Source: a virus (lineage: Duplodnaviria; Caudoviricetes). Taken from it: a stretch of DNA of 63,853 nt. A program made the position numbers and the translations under genes. Positions 35,076-44,000 of the stretch are shown one piece after another. The stretch spans positions 1 through 63,853 of the IMG/VR virus record IMGVR_UViG_3300035148_000271. One strand, 5' to 3'. The notes below the pieces were generated by a model. That model was not told the DNA's origin. It saw only the letters and a list, made by a program, of their open reading frames with translations, and did not search any database. The first letter of the stretch is position 1, and every line of letters starts with the position of its first letter.

Positions 35076-38000
35076 CTACTGGCGACTCTCGATTTCGGCC
35101 CGATAGAACCGCGCGTTCCACTCCCGCAACAGTTGCTGGCGCTGTTCCTCGACCTCCCGGCGGGCGCGTTCCTTCTCCGCGAACGACAGTTCCTTGTCTT
35201 CCGCGATCTGCACTTCCTGTAGGCGCAGGGAACGCATGGCCCGCTCGACGTTCTGCACGCTGCGGCCCAGCGAGGCAATCGTGGACCGCCGGTCGATCCG
35301 CTCCAGCACCTCGGGCCGGTCGCTGTCCGCGAACTTCTTCGCCTCGTCCAGCGCCTGCAAGGCCTGCTTCTTGGCTTCCATGAAGTAGGCGGTGTCGGAG
35401 CGCACGTTGCCGTGCTTGTACCACTGGCGGACGAACGGAATCTGATCCTTGCGGGCGACCTCGTCGTAGTTCAGTTCTGTCAGGGCGATGGCGCTTTGCG
35501 TCCCATCCATCAGGAACGATCCCAGTCCGCCGGTGTAGTAGCGGGCGAAGTTCTTGATCGTCTCCGGGCTGACGCTGATGGCCCCCGGGACCGACTTGGT
35601 GCCACCGGTGGCCTCGTTCAGCCATGTGGTGAACTGTTGCAGGGCTGTGCCCCGGGTGTTGCCCCAGTAGCGTTCGCTGTCCGGCACCGGCTGTCCTGAC
35701 AGCTTCTCCTCGTCCGGCATGAGGGGAGCGCCGGTCGCTTTCTTGTTGGACGCCAACTCAAACAGCGGGTCCAGCACCGTCGGCACCAAGGCCGCTGTCG
35801 GCTCTTCCATCGTGCCCAGCGGGTTGAAGTGCTGCGACAGGCTCATCAGTTGATCCAGCCCCACCGCAGACTGGGGGCGGCCCCGCCACAGGTCGGCAAT
35901 GCCGTAGCCCAAGTTCACGAAGAAGCCGTAGCCGTACGGCAGGGGAATCGTCCAGCGGTCCCCGGTGCCGTCGCCTTTCATAATGACCAGCGAGCGCTGC
36001 TTCTCGTAGCCCGGCAAGCGGTCCCAGTACGGGACTTCTTCCTCGTCCTTGTCGTTGGCTCCCAGCAGGGCGAACATGATCCCCAGCGCCACCAAGGCTC
36101 CGGTCATGGCGGCGAACTCGGCCGGGTTCTTCTTGGCCGCCTGCATGATCCGCGTGGTGCCTTGGACCGCCGGGTTGAAGAACAGGTACAGGCTCGACAG
36201 GATCGGCGTGAGTTGGCCCTTGCGGTTGAAGTTGACCGTCAGGTTCTTGGCGATGCTCGCCGCCTCGGCCTTGCTCTTGCCCTGCTCGACGGCGTTCTTG
36301 TAGGCCGACACCCGGATCGCGTTCTCGATCATGCCGTTGGCGGCCATCACCACGTCTTCCAGCTTCTGGACGGCTTCCTTGGTGGCGTACCACGCCTTGC
36401 GGCCGGTGGTCTGCGTGTGGGCCGCCTCCATCAGTGACTGAAGCTCCCGCACCCGCTCGTCCATGTCCCCGAAGATGTAGAAGCCGGCCTTGCCGCCTTC
36501 CTGCTGGTAGTCCAGATACCACTTGGCAGCGGGCGTCGTCTCGTCCTTGCGGAACTCCACGTCCCAAATCCCCTTCATCATGGGGAAGACATCCTTGGCC
36601 ACAGTGGCTGCGTACTTGGTCCCGCCGACGTTGCCGGCGTGGATCATGCCGGTCAGGAAGTCGCGCGTGAAGTTGATCGTGGTGAACACCGGGTTCAGGC
36701 TCGTCCACATCTTGGCGAGGAAGCGATTCACGCCGGCCCATGCCTGCATGATCCGGTTCACGTCCGCTGCGTCACGGTCGAACAGTCCGCCCTTCGCCAG
36801 CATGGCGTCGCGCATGCCCGGGTCTTTCAGCCAGATCGCGTACTCCTGCCCGTAGTGCTTGACGATGATGGTTTCACCCGGTCGGTCCAGTACCCGGTTG
36901 CTGTAGCGGACCTCACCCTCCAGCAGGCCGTGGGCGTTTACGGTGCCGCTCTTGTAGAACGACGCCATCTGCTCGATCTTGTTGACCGCCCACAGGGCCG
37001 GGTCCGGATTGGCCAGCACGAAGTTCAACAGCGCCTTGCCGACCTTGTTCTTCTCGGCCCGCACGATGGCGCGTTCGTGGTCGAGGATGATGTTCTCCAG
37101 AATCTGCCCGGCCCGGGATTCCCGGCCCTTCATGCGCAGTGACTCCGGACCCCGTACGTCGAATCCGGTGCCGGTGCCAGTGCCTTGCTGGCCCAGTTCG
37201 TCGATGATTTCAAAGCCCTTCAGCGGCACGTAGTTCTTGAAGCGCGACTGCCAGCCGTTGTAGACCGTGGGCGTGATCAGGCCGGCGTTGACCATGGTGT
37301 CGCGCGTCATCTGCGCGATGTTCCAGAAGCGATCAGCATGCTTCTTGAGCGTTGCGTAGTCCGGCGACTGCTGGAAGATTTGCAGGATGCGGGCGGCTTC
37401 CTTGTTGGTCATGCCCGAGCCGCCGTCCGGCATGGTCGGGTTGATCGCCGCAATCTCGCGGTTGCGTTCCTGTGCATGCGTGGCGTACATCAGCATCGCC
37501 ACGTCTTCCGGGGCCACGCCATCCTTGCGGACATCGTCCAGTGTCGGACGAACGATCTTGTCCTTGAACCGTTGCAGCTTGTAGGCGACCTTGCCGTGGT
37601 AGCGCTCTTCGGCCAGCACCACGTTGGCCGCTTCGCTGACCTGTCCGCCGGCGGCTTGGACGACCCGCTGCGCCACGCCCATGCGGTTGAACCTGTCCTG
37701 CAACAGTCGCTGGACTGTTTGCGTGCGGGTTTCGGCGGGCAAGCGGAAGTTGTAGCCCTGCACCGCCGGCGCACGGGCAAACTCCACGCCTTCCACAACA
37801 TGGGCCGGAACTGCCGGCCAGCCGTAGCGCTTGAGCATCGTGTACGTGCCGTTGCCATCCAGCACTGTGTACGTGCCGTCGCCGTTGGCTTCCACGTCAA
37901 TCGGGTCGCGCGGACTCAGCACGCCATCGGCCACGGCTTGGAAGCGCTTGGGCGAGTTCTGGCCGCCCTTCTGGTTCTCTTCCTCGGTCTTGCCGGACAC

Positions 38001-41000
38001 CAGCGCATTGATCGGAATCATCTGCGTGGACGAGTCCATCTTGAAGAACAGGCGCGGCTGGAACGGGATCGACGCCGGCACTTCCTGCGTGTCGATGACG
38101 CGCTTCATGTACGTCTTCACGTCTTCGCCCGGCAGGCGCGGCGCGTAGGTGCGCTGGAACAGCGACAACTGTGGCGGCGTCGCCTTGATCTGCTCGACGA
38201 CCTTCTTGAACTCGATGGGCTGCGCCAGCCGCCATTCGTTCACGTCGGTGTAGCCGTGGGCAATGGCCGCCTGCTTCAGCGCCGGCAGGTCTTCCTGCAT
38301 CGTCTGGCTGACGCGCTGGAAGTCCACACGCGGCATGGTGGCCAGTACGTTGCGGATGGCTTGGGCCGTCAGCCGGTAGCCGGCGTCATCGAACGGCGTG
38401 TCCTTGCTGATGTTCTCCGGATCGAGGTCCACCGTGGCGGCCTTCAGCCGGTCCATGGGAATTATTCCCATCAGTTCGGCTGTGTACGCACTGTTGTTTT
38501 CAGCCGGGAAACTGTAGACGTGCTGGATTTCGCCCTTCGTCCCGGACGTGTCGATGCCGATCCGGTCCGGCGTCCCTTTCCCCGTCAGCCCCTCGCCGCC
38601 GTTCATGGCGTCGCCAAGGCCCAGCGGCTTCAGGGCCGTGACCTTGTAGACGTAGACCGGGGCGTCTTCGTCGAACCCGACCGGGATCGGGCCGTCATAG
38701 CCGTCCGTGGCGGTCAGGAAGCGGGCCACTCCCTCGATGTTGCCGGCGTTGGTGGCAGCCAGTTGGCTTCGGTTCGCCTTGCGCAGGGCAAGGAACGCCT
38801 GTCCCACCTGTGGAGTGGACTGTGCATTCAGGTCCGCCATGCCACGCTGGAACAGGGGCAGGCCGCCGGCGACCTTCTCTTTCAGGTACGGCGTCAGCGG
38901 AAAGCCCTGTTGCATCGTCTGCTTGCGCTGCGCAATGTCCGCCAGTTCGGACTCGCGCCGCGCTTGCTCGTCGCGGGCTGCCTGCTCGGACAGCGTTTGC
39001 AGCACGATCACCCGTTGACCGCCTTCGTACTGCGCAACCTCCCACTCGTTGTCACGATTGCGTTCCACCGTGACCTGAACTTCTGCGCCGGCCGTTGCAT
39101 TGCGACGCGCCGCCAGACGCGTCGCCTCGGCCTCGGTCAGGTTCATTGCACTGTCGCCATCAACGATGGTTCCGGTGCCCGGCTCAAACGTGCCGTCATT
39201 CCAGTAGCGAATTACCTCCCACCACTTCGTCTGGCCATCGACCGTATACGGCTCGGCCCGGAACACGTACTTCGGTTTCGGAGAGGCCTGAATGTTCACG
39301 AACTGCGGATCGACCTGTACGCCGACATCCAGCTTCTGCAACAGCTTGTTCACGCGCAGCGGGACGATGGTGTCGTAGAAGGCCTTCATGCCGCCGCCGC
39401 CGACATCCAGTTGCTTGTCCTTGATGTGGCCGTGATCGTTCTCGGCCATCTGTTGCGCGATGTCCTTGCCGAACGCTTCGGCCAGTTGCTTGCCGTTCAA
39501 CTCGCCGCCGGCGTAGTTGGCGGTGACGATCTTTCCGGTGGCGCGATCCGCGATCAACGTCAGCATGTTGTCGCCATCGGCTGCCTGTACCAGATCGGCA
39601 TTGATCAGGATGTTGTTCGGGCCGCCGTTCCATCCAGACGGGTTCGGATACCACTGGATGTTCTTGACCACCCTGCTCAAGTTGTAGTGGCTGGCGTTCT
39701 GCGCTCCCGTCGCCCATGCAATCGCGTCGTAGTCGTTCTCGGTGCCGTACAGCACCATGCGCTTGATGGCCAGATCGACGTATTCGTTGGTGCTGCCAAC
39801 AAATGGGCCGGGAGCGGAACGATTAGCGCCAACCCTTTCAATCGCGCGTTCGACTTCGCCACGATCTCTTGATGGGAACACCATGCGCCCATCAGGGGAG
39901 CGAGCAACCCATGTTTCTTCCCCGATATGCGGCAAAGTGGCGCGAACGATTTCGTATTGTTCCTTGCCCCTTCCTTCGCGTACCTTGTCAGCCCAGTCAG
40001 ATTGAATCTCTTCGATGAACAGAATCTTCTTGCCGTCCGCATAGCGCGTCTTGAAGCGGATGTGGGCGACGACGTTCGGCACCTTGTCGCCGTAGTGCCC
40101 GCCCCGGTACTGCGGCTTGGCAAGGGGAAGCCGGTCAAGGCGCTTGTTGATGTCCATCAGCGCCGTCGTCGCCTCGTCAATCTGCCGGTTGATGTCAGCG
40201 ATTTCTTCCGGCGTCGCATTCGGGTGCGTCTTGATCCAGCTATCGGCTTGCGACAGCACGGCATGCTCGGTGCGCTTTTGCTGTTGTAGCGTCTCGATCA
40301 TTATGTCGACGTCACGTGCCGGGATATGCAGCAGTAGTTCGGTGTAACCATCACCACCCGGTAGCGTCCACTTCTCGTACTCGGGCCGGCCAACGACGGG
40401 CAGTTCGTCCTTGTTCAGTTGGTCGCGCGCTTCGAGGGCGGCCTGCATGTCCTCGAACGGACCGGCGGCGCGTTCCAATGTGCGGGTGCGATAGACGTAG
40501 TGCGGCGGGATCGGTGAGCGCCGGCCCTTCGCATCCATCACTTCGTACGTGCGCTGGTCGCGTAAGGCGGCGTCTTCCACCTTCACGCCGCTGGCGTCGA
40601 GGAAGTAGAGGATGTCGTCCTTGGTGAACTTGCGATTCGCCATGGACAACATGTCGAGCAGGCCAGACCAGTCGACCTCGGATTGCTTGACCTTGCCCTT
40701 GTTGACCCAGTTGCGCACCGTCGCAATCCAGCCTTGCGGCGGCAGCGTCTTGTCGGGCAGCGTCGATACTTCCTTGCTGAGTGCGCTGTAGAAGCGATTG
40801 AAGTCGAGGCTCGGATGCTTCTCTCTCCACTCCTGCGCGAGCGACAGGAAGAGCGGGAAGTTCTTCTGGACGAGGTCGTCCACATCCTTGTAGCCGGCCT
40901 TCTCCGCTTCGGCTTGCAGCCACACGTACTGGTCGCTGTTGTCCAGCGAGCGCGAGAAGTTGACGAGGTCGGCCGGGCGCAGGAACTTGCGCTTGCCCTT

Positions 41001-44000
41001 GTCGGCCAGCCGCAGTTCGCTGCGAGCGGGTTCGGGCAGGACGTTGGCCTTGTCGTGATCGAGGTACAGCAGGGGCGTGCCACCGTCTTTCGGCGGCTTC
41101 TCGTTCTTCAGCCACTTGGTAATGGAACCGGGACCGAGCCAGTAAGCGCTTTCGAGCGCATGTACTTCCTTGCCGTAACGCTCGCGTCCAGAGAAGGTGT
41201 TGGTGCGTCCCTCGACGTAGGTGTTCCTGCGCAGGATGGCGATCAACGGCTTGCCGTTCACCACCTGATCGGTAATGAACACCACCGAGTCGGTGCCGCC
41301 TGCCGACTTGAACACCGCCACCGGCCGCTCCAAGGACTTGCCGATGTCTTCCAACTGTTGGGCTGTCAGGCCGACGCGAACGCCGTACTTGCCGGTGACG
41401 ATCTTGCGCACCTTCTCGGGCGTGACCACCAGCGCCAGCTTCCTGATGAAGCCCAGCGCTCGCAGAATCGGCTTGCTCTCCATGACGCCCAGCGGGTACG
41501 GCTCGTACTCGCCGTCGTCCACGATCTTCTGGATTTCGGTACGACTGAACGCCACCGTCTCGGGCGGCTGTGTGATCGGTACGTCCTTGTTCAGGACGAC
41601 CGCCATGTTCTGGCGACGGTTGATGTAGCCGTCGAACCCGGCGTCGAGGATCGCGCTTTCCATCGCGTTCAGGCGCTGCGGCAGCGGCTGGTCGCGGTTG
41701 TAGTTCAGCGCCGGCGTGCCATCCCACAGGTTGTCGAGCGCCGCACGGTGGGCAACTGGCCCCAGCCCGGCTTCACGCTTCGGCAGTTCGCCCTTCTCGG
41801 ACAGGTAGAAGTAGACGCGCTTCTTGATGCGCGGGTCGGTGGACTGCGCCAGACGCGGCAGTTCCTCGCCCTTTATGCCGGTGCCGAACTTCGCGCCCGC
41901 CAACACAGTCCGTGGGCTGTGCGAGTAGTGGACCGCTTCGACTCGTTGCAGGTCGACGCCGATTGCCGGGTCGTTGGGATCGGGGTGGATGCTCCAGTCC
42001 GGGTCGTACTCGCCCGGCAGCATCATGTCCTGCTCCCAGCCCCGGGGCTTCAGGACGGTCTGGTCGGTCCAGACGCTGTGCTTGACGATCAGCTTGCGCA
42101 GATCGGCGGCAGACGTTTCCTTCACTGGCGCGTAGCCCATCACCTCCCGCAACGTGTCGGGCGTGTACCAGCGGTCGCTGATCGGCTCCCACACGTTGCC
42201 GGTCTGGCGGTCCTTGACGAGGCTGTGCCAGATGCGCAGCGGAGCCATGGGGTGGCCGTTGACTACGCCGAGGATCAGCGAGTAACGCTGTTCGTCCGTC
42301 TTATCGAGGAAGGCGTCGTCGAACGCAACCTTGCGGCCGGCTAGGACATGGCACTTCCCAAGTCGCTTCCGATCTTTAACGGCTTCAGCAGCGACAGCTT
42401 CAGCCCGGGTTCCAATGGGACTGCTTTCTGACTTACCGTACGGAACACTTTCCCACTTCTTGGTGCGGGCGAACTCCAGTTGGCCCTGCTCTGTGGGGCT
42501 GGTAGGCTGGACTGATTCAGTGATACCATTTGGTTGTTCCTTGGAGGTTGCGATGGCACTACCAGACAAGTTCCCGCCCGGCACCGAGTTCTTCGATTGC
42601 GCTGAAGGCACGCCTGTTTCGGTCACTTGGGAAGGCGACTTCCCGATTCCGTTTGCTTGGGACGCCGGCACCAAGCGCCCATTCAAATACACCACCGTCA
42701 TGTCGGACGGCGTGCCAATCGACGAGGCAGCGTTCCGCGACTTGGTCGCCGCCTCGGCATAGATCACGCGCGACTGCCGTACCGCGTTTTTGTAGATCAC
42801 TTCCTCGGGGAAGGTCAGGCGCTGGGTATACGGATCGCGCTTGCCGTCTAGGGCGCGAATGATTTCGTACCAGTAGTGACCGAACTCCTTGGTCAGCCCG
42901 CCTTCCTTGGCGTAGAACATGGCGGCCGTGTTGACCTGCACTTCGATCTTCATGCCGTCGCGGACCACGTAGATGAGTGCGTCCTTGTAGCCGGCCTTGT
43001 CCTGCCTCTTCTTCGACAGCCCTTCCTGCCAGCCGTTGCGCTTCAACTCCACCGCATCGAACCGCTTGCGCAACCGCCGCATGATGTCGGGCAACGCCGT
43101 ATTCACGTCATGCACGATGATGGTTGAGCGCAGGGCATCCTTCAGCTTGTAGGCATTGCCCTCGTAGTCCTCCATTACCTTTTCAAAGCCGCGCGGCACG
43201 CTCTTGATGGCGTGCTGCTTGGCTTCGGCCGGCACTACCCCGCCGGACTTCGCGGCCACCACATCCAGATCAGCCAGTACATCCGGGGCCAGCTTCTTGG
43301 CGTGTTCCAGTACCTGCTTCAGGGCGGCGTATGGCTTGGAGATAGACGGGTGCCGATCCATCTCCCGCTGCGACACCTGCTCGCCCTTGATCAGCGCCTT
43401 CTGCACGTCCTCGGCCCGCTGGAACGGCAGTTCGTCCGCAGGCGCGGCCTTGGGTTCGACCGGTTGCGCCGGGACCGCCTTCTTCTTCGCCGCTTTCTTT
43501 GCAACTTTGGGCGGGGCCGTGGCGGTCGCTCCCCCGGTCGCAGGGGCCGTCTCTTTGGCGGCCTGCTTTGCGACTTTTTCTGCGGCCTGCTTGGCGCGAT
43601 GGCGCTGTTCCCATTCCACGAAGGCGCGGGCCGACGCCTCGCGCATCTTCTGGATACTGCCCTCGCCTTTCAGGAAGCCGACGTTGATCATGGCCGAGTG
43701 CAACTTGTCGATCAGTTGCTTCACTGCCGTCATCATGCGTTTGGCGAAGGCAGTGTCCGGTGACAGTTCAAAGACCCGGTTCCAGAATCCTTGGTCTTCC
43801 CACATTTCGCCCGTCACCTCGGACGCAATCTCGTTGTCGAACACCAAGTCGATGTCGGATTGCGTGGCCGCGCCCTTCGACTCAATCATCATCTGCCGCC
43901 CAAGTTCTGCCTTGAACTTGGATACGTGCTTGGAATCAGCGTGCTGCTGCGCGGCTGCTTTCAGCGCGTCGTATAGGTCCGGGTGATGCACCTTCATCTG

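Noticed and set aside
37185-39872. Long plus-strand ORFs antisense to real genes (also 2227-3945, 8278-9813, 40683-42344, 50231-52429 and minus-strand 30097-31683)
   Set aside because: Shadow ORFs expected from high-GC codon bias; they lack RBS and recognisable motifs, unlike the 42553-42762 ORF.
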